Source: Caecitellus pseudoparvulus (taxonomy: Eukaryota; Protista; Bigyra: Bicosoecida). Taken from it: 64,000 bases of DNA. The stretch spans positions 620,001 through 684,000 of the forward strand of contig CBFFRQ010000031.1 of NCBI GenBank assembly GCA_965644315.1, given 5' to 3'. The position numbers and the translations under genes are program-made. This document shows, one piece after another, positions 10,375 to 21,400 of this stretch. Within the stretch, counting starts at the first letter, position 1, and each line of letters starts with the position of its first letter. The notes beneath the pieces are model-generated. The model was given only the letters and a program-made list of their open reading frames with translations, searched no databases and was not told the origin of the DNA.

Positions 10375-12128
10375 TTAGACAGCAGCGCGGGCAAGTGCAG
10401 CATTGAGGAACTGCACAAACATGTCAGCGTTGCCTTGTATGGAGTCCGCACGGGTCATGTCATCCTGGCTGACCCGACCAGCGGCCAGAGACATGAACTG
10501 AACACGCATGCGCTGAATCTCCGCGGGGCTGGTGCGCCTCGCCAACTTGAGCGGCACACATGCGGGGGGAACACTCAGCTCGTCTCCGAGGCTAGCCGCA
10601 GGAAGTGCAGCCGTGGCAGCCTTTGACACGGCAAGAGTTGCCCTGTCAATGGTGTGAAGCAAATGAGAAGCCTTGGTATTCGTCTTGCTCGTTGAAGCAG
10701 TTTGCGCCAGCTTGCTTCCACAAATGGTGTCCAAGATGGCTTCTAGAATGCTCACCTTGTGTCCAAGCGGTGTCTTTGCCTCAGGCGCTGGGTGTGAGCC
10801 TGCCGCGCTCGGCACCGAAGCGGTTTGAACAGTGGGGATTGCAGCAGAAGGCTCATGCTTGGCCATGCTGCTGGAGTCGCCTTGTGAGGGCACTGAAGTC
10901 ATGCTCCCGGCGTCGCTGCGTACTGCGCCGCCGCAGGAGGAAACAGACTCGGCATCATCTTCCACACTGCCCCCATGCTCCTCTTCAGGAGCTACCACGG
11001 AAGGAGCTGCCTGCTTCTGGGCCCTCTTGAATGCAGATGTTCCCACCGCACGCCTTTGGACGACCGGAGCAGCTCCAGCACGCTTGAACGCGGACGTGGC
11101 AACGCCTCCCGGCCCAGCGCCCCCAGGAAGGAAGGCAGCTGGGCGGAGCTGAAAAGCCTTAGAGCCTGTGCTGGACAGCTTCGCGAGATTGGAGCTTGCA
11201 TCGCTCTCCGATGGGGCCTCTTGCTGCTCCCCCGACATGTGGGTCACTTGAGACCCTACGTGCACAACCGACCAGCCGCCGCCAGCACCGTCCCCTGACG
11301 CGACGATGCGGACACGGTCCAGAGTGGCACCTGACGGCGCAACGCCAGAGGATGTTGCATAGGCAGCTACTTCATCCGCATGGAGCTCTCCTGGGGCTGC
11401 AGAAGCCGCAGCGGTGCCGTGGGAAAACACAGCAGCACCAACTGCGGCCGCATGCTTGGAACCGGGATGGGCTGCGGCCAATGCTCCCCCATTCGCCTGC
11501 TCAGTCGAACAAATGACACGGAAAAGCGGCGAATCCCAACGCTTGCTTTCATCGGGCACTTCAAAACGGGATGCCAGCTCCCTCATAACCGCCGCCGGGT
11601 ACGCTGCGCTGGGGGACCGAGCAGCATTCCATTCCAAGCTCAAGGTGGGCGGGGCGTCAACCCACACCTGTGAAGACGCAGCAAGCATCACAAGGCTATC
11701 TATACGTGGTTACTTCGTTGGCGGTGTGTGAGTGGGCTGCTCATGACGTACAAGTGCGAAAGAAGTCTGGTGTTCACGGGCGTAGCAGTGGAGCTGGTAC
11801 CTATACCCGCTGATCAGGTTCAGCGCATCCAAAACCACAGTGGCGCCGCCGGACAACTGCCGGTATGCTTCTGACATGAGAGCTCCTCTTGTCTGCTTCT
11901 CAGCGGCAGGGTCTGCACATTGTAAGCGATGTGGGCGTAAGCCTTGCTCTTCGCAAACGTGGCACGCCTCCTCGCACCAGAGTATGCTGTGGCAGCGGAG
12001 ATTCCCAAAGCTTCCACGTTTACAAGGACAGCAGAAACATCACCCCTAGTCGACAGAAAATCCACCAAATCCTCAGCGAAGCGAGTCTTGCCCACGCATG
12101 GCCGCCCGGCAACCACAATGAGGGGCAT
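10375..12128 (-). CDS. KTI12: KTI12 (Elongator-associated, PSTK-like ATPase)
   Basis: Exons 12128-11978, 11912-11752, 11667-10375. MPLIVVAGRPCVGKT P-loop, VLDALNLISGYRYQLHC, RFEVPDESKRWDSPLF and the C-terminal helical domain. Confidence 0.92.
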
Positions 12129-12308
12129 GGCAAACCCAGTCCGAATTCCGCACCCTCACACGGCCCCTCAAAAACAGTCGGCCGCACCCTCGCAGCGTGA
12201 GGCAAGGCTGTTCTCTACATTCCCTGGCGCATGTTTGAATTTGGGAAAGAAGGCCTTCCACTGTCAGTGCTCTGAAGGCAGGCAGGAGAACCGCTCCTGC
12301 CTTCAGGC

Positions 12309-12315
12309 AAAAAAA
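12309..12315 (-). terminator. RNA polymerase III terminator (T7) of the tRNA gene
   Basis: Seven T on the minus strand starting 3 nt after the tRNA discriminator base. Confidence 0.75.
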
Positions 12316-12317
12316 CT

Positions 12318-12391
12318 TAGCGATGACGGGTATCGATCCACGTTACCTCCAGCTTATGAGACTGGCGCGCTATCCATTGCGCCACATCGCT
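12318..12391 (-). tRNA. tRNA-Met (CAT), atypical initiator/elongator hybrid features
   Basis: Cloverleaf AGCGATG TG GCGC AATGGATA GCGC G CCAGT CTCATAA GCTGG AGGTA ACGTGG ATCGATA CCCGT CATCGCT A, with a perfect 7-bp acceptor stem and CAT anticodon. Confidence 0.9.
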
Positions 12392-12899
12392 TGACCTGAT
12401 GCATGTCGTGAAGAATCTAGTGTATAAAAACCTATGCAGCATCACCTGCCAAGGAGGCCTGTGGAGCCCCCCGCCGCATCGTCTCTGCACACTCGATAGA
12501 GCTCTCTTTCTTCAACACACCACTCCAGCTGATAGCGATCTGGCTTCTTGCCGTCGTGCGCCTCCATACACCTGCGCAAAGAGCCGGGGCACTGTCAACC
12601 TGCGGATATTGGTGCTCTCAGGCCACTTACTCGATGTAGGTCTCCAGTTGACGCTCACAGGGATTTCGGGGTGTCCACCAGCGACAAGCCCGAGTGTCGC
12701 CGTACTCAATGACGTCCAAGATGCAGTTCTTGCAACGCTTCCAAGCCTCCATGGTGCGCCGTGGCACGGCTATGCCGTGGGGCTGGCTTCTCGATCAGCG
12801 AGCACAACGAGACACTCTGGACGAGGGAGGCAACCGGGGGGGGGCTGAGACGCGTGGAAGAAGCACATGCTGGCCGCCTGGTGCTGTTTTGCATTTGAG

Positions 12900-15800
12900 T
12901 TACTTCCACTCTTCGGCGGCCCGCAGCTGCACCATTTCAGCGGCCACAGCGAAGGGGGACACAACCTCCCTTGTGGTATCGCGAGGCGGGCCGGATGGGG
13001 CTCCCTGGCCTTCACCGGATGATGCGGCGCCGGCATGGCGTTGCTGCCCGGCAATACTGCGCATGGCAACACGAGCCTCCGTCACTGCGCCAGACACTGC
13101 TGCAGCAAACCCTGTGACGGCACAGTCTGCGCCACGCAGCGCTCGCGAGGCAGCTTGCAACGCATCTGTGGCTCCTTCATCCACAAATGCTGCTACCATG
13201 CGCCCGCAGTGCAACTTGTTGGCCTCTTGAGCTGTCTGTAGGTCTGATAACCACTGATCTTGTAAGTGAAGACTCGATGGCAATGCCGAGGCTATGCTGC
13301 CCTGCACAGCTCTGCCGGGTTCCCTCAGCGCCCAAGGGACGGCTGACAAATCTGCCAATCGGAGCCTCGCCCATGCACCTGCATCTTCTCCATTGTGTGG
13401 AACCACTTCAAGCAGCTGGCTGGCCCAAGGGGGCTTAGCTTCTCGTGCTTCGGCCTGGCCTGCCCCATTGCCTGTGTCCGTGGACTCTTCCAATGCGCTG
13501 GTCGTCGATCTGGAGCTGGGCATGCGGATGCTATCAAGATTGGCAACAGCAGCTGCAAAAGGGGACTTTGCCGCTGAACGCCCTGAAGGAGGGGGTGGGG
13601 CACTTGAACTGCCCCACCGGACGGGCGGCGGAGGGCTGCTCAGTGGTGGGACTGGGACTCGAGGGACGCTCGGGCTGGGTTGCAATTCAGGTGGGGAGCT
13701 ATTCGGGAGGTTGGAAGCCCCATCACTTGCTCCGCTTGGGGCACTTCTGTGTGACTGAAGCAAGGCCTGGGTGCGGGTTTGGTTAACGTGCGGCGACAGT
13801 GCGTCCAGGGCACACACAGCCCCAAAAGCAGACACTTCTGGAACTTCACTGCGCAAGAAACGGGCCAGAAGCGGGACTTGCCAAGGTTTCCACTGCACTC
13901 CAAGTGTCCTCGGCCCGAGCCTCTTGGTAGCTGCTGCCGCTTCGAGGTTCGCACCGCAGCGACCCGCCTCCGCCTCCAACACGGCGGTACGAATGCTCAC
14001 TGACGCAGGTGCTTCGACTTGTCGCTGACAAAAAGCCACGAGCCATAGGGTCCCGTGCCCAAGGAGGCGCCTTGCTTGGCGAGCTTGCTCAGCGTTGTGG
14101 AGGATGGTCGGCCACCCTTCTTGCGTGAGCGAGGCACTGCGAGACATGGAAGGCTGCCGAATTGGGGATTGCGGTGAGGCGGCACTGTGCGGGGTCGCAA
14201 AAGTACTTGGTGAGGCCAACAAAGGGTTTCCAGCTAGAGCGGTTGCGGGAGCCTCTGAAGCGGCCTTTTCGGCTGACAAAGGAGCCTGTGGAGCCGCAAG
14301 CTGTACGGGGGCAACGTCGCACAACGCCTCGGCCACGACAGCCAGCAAGAACACCATGGTGGGCGGCTCTTCTTGCCAAATGCGAGCCTGTGGTGCGGGA
14401 CCAGCTCTCTGTGGCTGTCGCGCTGGGGAAGGTGGCTGTGTGACTGGCTGTGTTGGGGTTTCCGAGCCACGGGGTGCCAGAGGAGGAGGCGGCTGTGCAG
14501 ACTCCGTTGACACTTCGTCGAACCGCACGGTTCCCCGGCGGCGAGTTGCAAGCTGCGACGTTATCTCGCTGACGCTGTCAAGGATGGAAGACACCACGGG
14601 GGGTAGCGACGTCGAGGAGTGCGTGGCAACCTCCCCCTGGTTGCCACCCACTTCTTCCTCGGGCTGCGTGCAGTCTCCCGTGAACATGCCCTCCTCCCAC
14701 AGCAGGCGAAAGACGTACAAAGATCGAGCCTTGAGGACCTGGGGATCTGTTGTTGTCGCGTGGCTCATGACGGTGTCCGCCACACTGAAGACGCTGTCCC
14801 CGTCTCCCGGCGACGCCGGGGATACCGGTGGGCCTCCCTGCGCACTCGCGCGGAAGGAGCGGGAGCTACCAAGCCGCTGTCCGCTTCCCGCTCCTGTGAC
14901 GACAGACCAGGCATTTCTGGCCACAGTGTGCATCGCCCGCCACAGAAGCGGCGCTGCTCTTCGCCGGGCCGCGGCCGTTGCCTGCACGTCCCTGCACAGC
15001 ACCAAGTCAAGAAGCCGATCGAAGAGAGGCAAAGTCTGGCCGACAGACAGACTTCGAGCTGCCGCGATTGCGCGCTCGAGCAGCGAAACGGCCAGCAGCG
15101 CCTGCACGGAGGCATCAGTGGTCTGCTGTTGGAGCTTGCTCCAGACCCCTGCCTCAGCAGTCGCTCTGGAACCGGCGAGAACCGTCACAATGCGCCTGGC
15201 TGCAGCACTCGCACCCGAGACTTGCTTTGCTTCCCAGGCTGCACGAGCTTCAAGGGCCAAGTCTGGTTCATGGACACACCCGGACGCCCACTGCGCATCG
15301 CTTGGGGGACCCAGGCGGCGCCCCTGCAACTGCTGGGCAGCTCCCCACCTTTGGTGAGCCCCTTGCTGGTGAAGCACAGTCAGCAAGGATCCTATGCACC
15401 CTGAAACCACCATCACATCTCTAGCCTCTCGGCGCTCCAAAGTGCTCAGTGTGGCCACGCAGAGGCTCAGGAGTTGCACTGGCACGACTCCCAGTCCGCC
15501 TGGGGCACTGCCGGAACGCGCCAATGAGCCCACAGCATCTCCCAAGGCCAAGAACGCCCCATGACTGATCAAAGCAGTGATGCACTCCCCAGATGTTTGT
15601 GCGATGGCCATCAGTGCGTTCGCGCAATGAAGCGCGACCTGTGGGTCGTCCTCCCAGCGCCGAACGCAGCGCAGAAGGGCAGGCACAGCGGGACTGCTGG
15701 AGGCCACGGTCACCCGGATGGCATCATCTGGGCAGCTGCATGCCACTTTGAGCAGAGAGGCTGCCATGCCCCTCAACGGCGCATGCTCGAGCTGCCGGCC

Positions 15801-16283
15801 CAGGAGCTCGGCAAGACTGGAAGGGAAGTCCACCTCGCGCAACTGCTGAGCAGTAGCAGAGCTTTCCGCGCCATAGCAAGCAAGTAGGAGTGTGCCGGAG
15901 GCGAGCCTCACTGCTAGGTCTTGAGAAGACGCCAAGAATATCCCCGCTGCTTCCTGCAGTCGACCTGCCGTGCTCACGAAAGCCGCGCACAGCCGAGAAT
16001 CCGAGGCAATCACAAGCAGCTCAGACTCCTTCACCGACTGCAAAGTCTCCGGCTTCTTCAAGCTGCCATAAAGCAAAGATGTCACGAACTTCTCACCATA
16101 CGTCTCCAGGGTCCGTTCCAGGGCCGTTGCAGCGCCGGCCTCACCACCAAAGTGATGCTCCCATTGCCGTTGAGCAACGATTCGCCGTGCTGCGTCATCC
16201 GAACTGAGGTCCGCGAGCCACTGCCTCCACTGAACACCGCCCAGCTTTTCTTCAGATGGAGGTTTGCTGGAACAACAACCCAT
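12900..16283 (-). CDS. Armadillo/HEAT-repeat-like protein with N-terminal MGCC acylation motif
   Basis: Long ORF with first ATG at 16283 (MGCCSSK). ARM-like segments (AVPALLRCV, VALHCANALMAIA, GCIGSLLTVL). The 3' end may be extended by splicing at GTAACT near 12903. Confidence 0.7.
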   Translation of the reverse strand: MGCCSSKPPSEEKLGGVQWRQWLADLSSDDAARRIVAQRQWEHHFGGEAGAATALERTLETYGEKFVTSLLYGSLKKPETLQSVKESELLVIASDSRLCAAFVSTAGRLQEAAGIFLASSQDLAVRLASGTLLLACYGAESSATAQQLREVDFPSSLAELLGRQLEHAPLRGMAASLLKVACSCPDDAIRVTVASSSPAVPALLRCVRRWEDDPQVALHCANALMAIAQTSGECITALISHGAFLALGDAVGSLARSGSAPGGLGVVPVQLLSLCVATLSTLERREARDVMVVSGCIGSLLTVLHQQGAHQRWGAAQQLQGRRLGPPSDAQWASGCVHEPDLALEARAAWEAKQVSGASAAARRIVTVLAGSRATAEAGVWSKLQQQTTDASVQALLAVSLLERAIAAARSLSVGQTLPLFDRLLDLVLCRDVQATAAARRRAAPLLWRAMHTVARNAWSVVTGAGSGQRLGSSRSFRASAQGGPPVSPASPGDGDSVFSVADTVMSHATTTDPQVLKARSLYVFRLLWEEGMFTGDCTQPEEEVGGNQGEVATHSSTSLPPVVSSILDSVSEITSQLATRRRGTVRFDEVSTESAQPPPPLAPRGSETPTQPVTQPPSPARQPQRAGPAPQARIWQEEPPTMVFLLAVVAEALCDVAPVQLAAPQAPLSAEKAASEAPATALAGNPLLASPSTFATPHSAASPQSPIRQPSMSRSASLTQEGWPTILHNAEQARQARRLLGHGTLWLVAFCQRQVEAPASVSIRTAVLEAEAGRCGANLEAAAATKRLGPRTLGVQWKPWQVPLLARFLRSEVPEVSAFGAVCALDALSPHVNQTRTQALLQSHRSAPSGASDGASNLPNSSPPELQPSPSVPRVPVPPLSSPPPPVRWGSSSAPPPPSGRSAAKSPFAAAVANLDSIRMPSSRSTTSALEESTDTGNGAGQAEAREAKPPWASQLLEVVPHNGEDAGAWARLRLADLSAVPWALREPGRAVQGSIASALPSSLHLQDQWLSDLQTAQEANKLHCGRMVAAFVDEGATDALQAASRALRGADCAVTGFAAAVSGAVTEARVAMRSIAGQQRHAGAASSGEGQGAPSGPPRDTTREVVSPFAVAAEMVQLRAAEEWK

Positions 16284-16733
16284 GGTGCAGACGTTCTGGA
16301 CAGCAGACACCCACGCCTCCCCTCTCAAGCTGCTGGCGATGAAACGCTGGTGCAACGCACGCAGCTCGTCACCCAGGCAAGCCTCCAAGGCTCAGGAAGC
16401 AAGCCCAACAGAAGAAAATCAGAGCAAGCTCTTAATTGGGATGGGGGGGGGCGCACTCAAGCAGGTATGGGCAACTGGGTGGTGTAAGATGTACGATTTC
16501 AATAGCATTGTCGAGGGCTGGCTTGTCTGGCGCCCCACCAGACCAGACCGCAGCAGCCAGTCGCCGCGCTTCCCGCAAGCATTGCGGGAAACCCAGGCAC
16601 CACACACACTTGCAAAACACACACACTTCACTCGCACGCACACCACCAAGTTCAGTCTCATGCCCCTTTCAGAAGCAACACCCTACCTCCAGGTCAGAAG
16701 GCAGGCACCCTGTGTGGGTTGAAGGAGCCGCAT

Positions 16734-17977
16734 TCACAAGCCTGCCCTTCGCTTGGCAATGGGCTGAGCACATGCCGGTTTCTCTCGCTGACGCTTGCTG
16801 CCCCCCGAGCGGGGCTCAAATGCCCGCGGCTGCTCATGGCAGCACCTGTGGCAGGTCACCGCCGCGGCCTCCAGCGCAAGCTGGCCTTGCACGGCAGCAC
16901 GGGCAGGGACGCCAAGGGACGCGCAAGGGGGCCCCTCCGCCTCCCGCCTATCACACTCGACTTCCCCAATGCCAAAGGTCTCGGGCTCACAGGAGCTGCG
17001 CCCAGTGCTGGCTGTCTCGGGCGCAGCTCCAGCTGCTCCGTGTGCCTTGGTGTGCACAGGTGAGCTGGAGAAGACACTCTCAGACAAAGGCGTGGCCAAG
17101 CGCCAGTGCGTGCTGCCCTTTGGAGTGCCTGCATCTGTCCCGAAGTGACTGTGGTTCAGAAGCGCCCCGGAGGGGTGCCTAAGTGCGCCCCCTGACCACT
17201 TACTGGTGGAGGGCGGGCTTAGCTCGCCCCAACTTCCGCTCCACCCGCTGGTGGTCGCCGGGTTCCCCAGCGGAAGCCGGCAAGGCATACCAGCATGGCC
17301 GAACGCGCCACCAGCTGCAAGGGGCATGGGGGGGAGGGCTACCGACATTTGCCAGGGAACAGAGCCTGGCGGGGAGGGGCCGTGGAAGCGGGGCACCCTA
17401 CCGTGCCGTGCGTGAGCCGGGTGTGCCTGGGAAGCTGTTGGCGTAGCGCCAACCACACGTGGCACCCCAGCCACGCAGTCCCGCCGCACCGCCGCGTACT
17501 CGGGAGCAGACGCGTCGTGGTCCTTCCATTGCGCAAAGTAGTTTCGAAGCTTTGTCTTGGGATATCGAGCAACAGCTGCAAAGTCTGCCTTCAGGCGCTT
17601 CCACTCTGCCGTTCCGCTCGGCCCGCAGCGGTACCGGGAGGAGAGGATGAGCTGATCCCACACCACCACCTTGGCTTCAGGGGTCAGCGGGCCAAGAAAA
17701 AGGTTTGGGTTGAGCTTCTCTGTCCACTCATCGCGGACTCGAAAACGTGCCTTCGGGCTGCGCACACAGAGCAGGAGGGGCTGTGCTGGTGCCTCTCCCC
17801 AGCAGCGCAGCGCAGGCTGCAATGGGGGGCACTCCCCACGTACCTCAACCCCAGCAGTCGCGCTAGGTCAGACCAGGGAGTGCGAGACGTGGTCGTGCGC
17901 ACAAAGTGCACAATGAACGCCTTCTGCTCTGACGAAAAGCGCACTGGCGCGCTTCGAGATCCCTTGGAACCAGGCAT
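16734..17977 (-). CDS. Divergent R2R3 Myb-like transcription factor
   Basis: Exon 1 17977-17844, GT-AG intron 17843-17758, exon 2 to 16734. Spliced product RFSSEQKAFIVHFV..PWSDLARLLGLSPKARFRVRDEWTEKLNPNLFLGPLTPEAK..EWKRL..KLRNYF follows two-repeat Myb spacing. Confidence 0.7.
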
Positions 17978-18444
17978 GATGAGTTTCCTGGAATGGGGCC
18001 TTTCCGTGACAACTCTCCACGCATGCAAGGTTGAAGCTCGTGCGCAAAAGCCAGCAATGGCATCCACTTACACTGCTTGTGCATGCAGAGTAGTAGCGGA
18101 GGGTAAAGGGTGCTGGGCGGGTGAAGAAAATTGATGTGCCGGCAGAAGTTCCTCCGCGTGCTCAGAGAACCGCGTGTGGAGCAACGGCATTCGCTGCCCC
18201 GCCAGGGCCACCCCCCCCCAACACCCCTGCTAGAGCCCGAGCCTGACGTCCGGCACGGCAGCGTCTCTTCCAAACCGCAAAACTGCCTGAGTGCAAGAGG
18301 GCTGACAGCAGGCTGTGTAGTTGGGTCAGATACTTGGTCTCTTACCCGCCAGGAACCGCTAAGCTCTGCGAACCGCGCTGTCAGCGAGTGAAAGTCCCGC
18401 ACACCTTTGGGTTGCCGCGACGCTGGGCGTCACCCACTGGCACC

Positions 18445-21400
18445 ATGTCCGGCAGCGGCGAGTTGCAACGCAAGGGGGTGCTGGAGCGTGCATTTGGCAG
18501 CATCCTGAGTTCCCTCTCTTCGTCCGTGTATGTGGCCAGCCACGATGCAGCTCTGTCAACGCCAGTGTGGGTGGCCCTCACCTTGATCCAGTACCTTCAG
18601 TTTCTCTACTTCCCTGTTGCTCTGATGTTGGGAGGCGGGCAGACGACTCAGATTCTGACCCTGGTGCTGAAGGTCACATCCCTCACTCGCATTGATGAAG
18701 AAATTGGCCCACTTGGCTTCATTGTTGTCACGGGCATCGTGAGTGCTGCCTCGCAGGCGCAGACGGGGACGCCGGTCGGCACACGAGCCGCGTTTCGCCA
18801 ACACCAGCTCCAACCCATGAGCTCACCATCTCCCAACTCTGCAACCCTACCGACCTGAACCCGTGCACAGATCTTTGCCATTAACTTCTCCATTGCCTTC
18901 ACTATGCAGCTGACGAGCTACTTCACCTTGTGAGTACTGCGACGCGCCGGCGGCACCTCTGGCCTGGCCCGTGCTTTCAACCCACCTCTTCCTCCCCGTA
19001 CGCTTGCCACAGCCACAACAAGCCTGTTCCGGGGGTTCTCGCAAGTGTCAATAGGCTCATGCAGGTTGTGGCCCCCACGGTGCTGTTCCTGCCCCTGCAG
19101 TCTGTCATGCTTCGCGCGGCTACGTGCATCCAAGGCAACACAGCCTTCGGGCTACCCTGCTACGAGGGTGTGCACATCGCGATTGGAGCGCTTGCCATCG
19201 GATTCTGGACAACCACTATCGGCATGGCAATTGGCATGGTGGCCACTTTCCTGGACCGCAACCCGCTGTCTCGGTCCCTGGGGGCCAGATCCCACGGCCG
19301 AGTGGAAGCGGCCCTTCTCTTCTCCAAGTCCATCCTCTGCGTCATGTTCAATAGCTTCGAACAGAGTGGCACGAATTGGTTCTCAGTCATCGTTCTTGTC
19401 GCGGTGGTCGCTGCGTGGATCATGGGGTACCTGCGTCTTGCCCCCATGATTCACCCTGCCGTGAATGACGTCATGGTCGCCGCTGGAGTGTCCCTGGGGT
19501 GGGTCATGCTAGGCGTGGCCCTGCAACGAGTCGTGACAGACCAAGACCTCACCTCCATGATTCTGATTGGGGTGCCTCTGTCTTTCGTTTTCGCCGTCTA
19601 CCTGGCAAGGTACTCTCGTATCACGCTGTGCCGGCAGTCTCTGCAGGACTTGGACAGCCTGTACGATGTGGACCTGTGGGCGCGCTCCCGCCTGCAGCTT
19701 TTTCAGAAGCTGCAACTTGACGTGGAAGAAGGCTCCCGAGTGAGGGACCGATGGTCAATGCGCGAAAGTGGAAGTCAAGCTGGAGCAAAGGCCGCACTCA
19801 AGGGCACAGGCCTTGCCAGCAACGTGGCGCGCTCCATTGGTGTCAGCGGTGCCACTGGCACCCGAGGTGCTGCCGTGCACTTGGCCTCCCAAGTCATCAT
19901 CCGCCTGGGCAGCAGCTACGCAGAGGATGAGCGCATGACCACCGTCCTGGCTGCTGAAGTGGAACTGGCGTACCAAACCATGATGGACAAGTTCCCCTCC
20001 TCCTCCCTGGCGCACTTGCTGGCTGCCACGTACTTCCGCTTGGCCCACCCGTCACGGTACATGGAGCTGCATGCTCTGAACCTCGCACGCAAGTCCAACG
20101 CGCCCCTAGACGTGTCCTTCTTCATCTACCAGCGCACCCGGGACTTGATCGACATGGACACTTCTTACCTGCCCTCGGGCGAGCTGCGGTCGGGTGTGGC
20201 CGGCACGAAGGCCATCACGCCAGTGGACCGCACGGCGTATGAGGGCCGCCTGTTGGGGGCTTTCAACGCCCAGACAGCCTGCTACCGCGCACTGCTGCGG
20301 GTGTGGGATGCGCTGCAAGAGCCTGTGCCGGATCTGGCCGAGCTGCAGCGCATGGGGGAGCTGCTGTGGAGCAACCTGGACGATGCAGAGCGGCACTTCA
20401 AGGTGCTGCTGACGATGAACCCAGAGGGCGTCTCGGTGCTGCGGGCATATGCAGCGTTCCAGCGCACCCTCATGCACAACGCCACGACGGCTTACGAGCT
20501 GGAGGGGCGCGCGGATGCCTTGGCTGATGCGGCTGCGCGCACGGCTGAAAGCCTGGTGTCACGCTTCACCCTCATGGGGCCGGCCCCTGACCTGGGCTTC
20601 ATGGAGGAGGGCGTGGCCATGATCACGATATCCACGGAGGTGTCCCGAGTGGGTGAGATTCTCTCGGTGAACTCCGCCGCTTGCCGCTTGCTGCTGCGGA
20701 ACAGGTCTGACTTGGTGGGCTCCAACATCTCTGTCATCATGCCCAAGCCCATCTCCACGGTGCACGACCAGTTCTTGCTGCGGTACACGCGCACAGGGTC
20801 GGCAAAGCTCGTGGGTTCCACTCACCAGGTGCTCGTGCAGCAGTCCAACGGGTACATCCAGCCCTGCCGCATGCACATGCAGGAGGCGGCTCCGACGATG
20901 TCTGACACGTCCCCTCGGCTGGCGGCAGTGCTGCAGCCCATGCGTGTGGCTGAGAATGTCATTTTGTTTGGCAGCGAGGACGAGGAGTTTCAGATTTTCT
21001 CTGCCGATGCAGCGTCACATGAGCTGATGGGGACGGACCCAGAGTTGTTGGAGGACATGGGGGCCAGTGTCATCACGTACTTCCCCGCGGTGCACCCTGG
21101 CTACGTGAACTTGGACGAGCTGGACTTCGACGAGGCGCAGGGCTCGGGCCGCTCGCTTGGCTCGGGACCTGGAGGAGCTGAAGGTGCCGCCGGGAACAGC
21201 AACCACTCGCTACTGCATGCCAGCACGTTCGTGAAGACACCTGTGCGGGTCGAAGATGCTGTCGGGGGTCTTGACATGTTCGATGATGTGGGCGGTCAGC
21301 CTGAAGCTGGCTTGTCTGGCTTTGACGACGAAGATGGCAGTATTAAACACGTGATGGGATACGTCCAGACGCTGCACATGCCCATCTTTGGAGGAAATGT

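Noticed and set aside
2458-21147. Inverted repeats as terminal inverted repeats of a large transposon, Polinton or endogenous virophage
   Set aside because: The arms are internal coding parts of two host paralogs. The enclosed genes are ordinary intron-containing nuclear genes, with no integrase, polymerase, capsid or visible GC drop.
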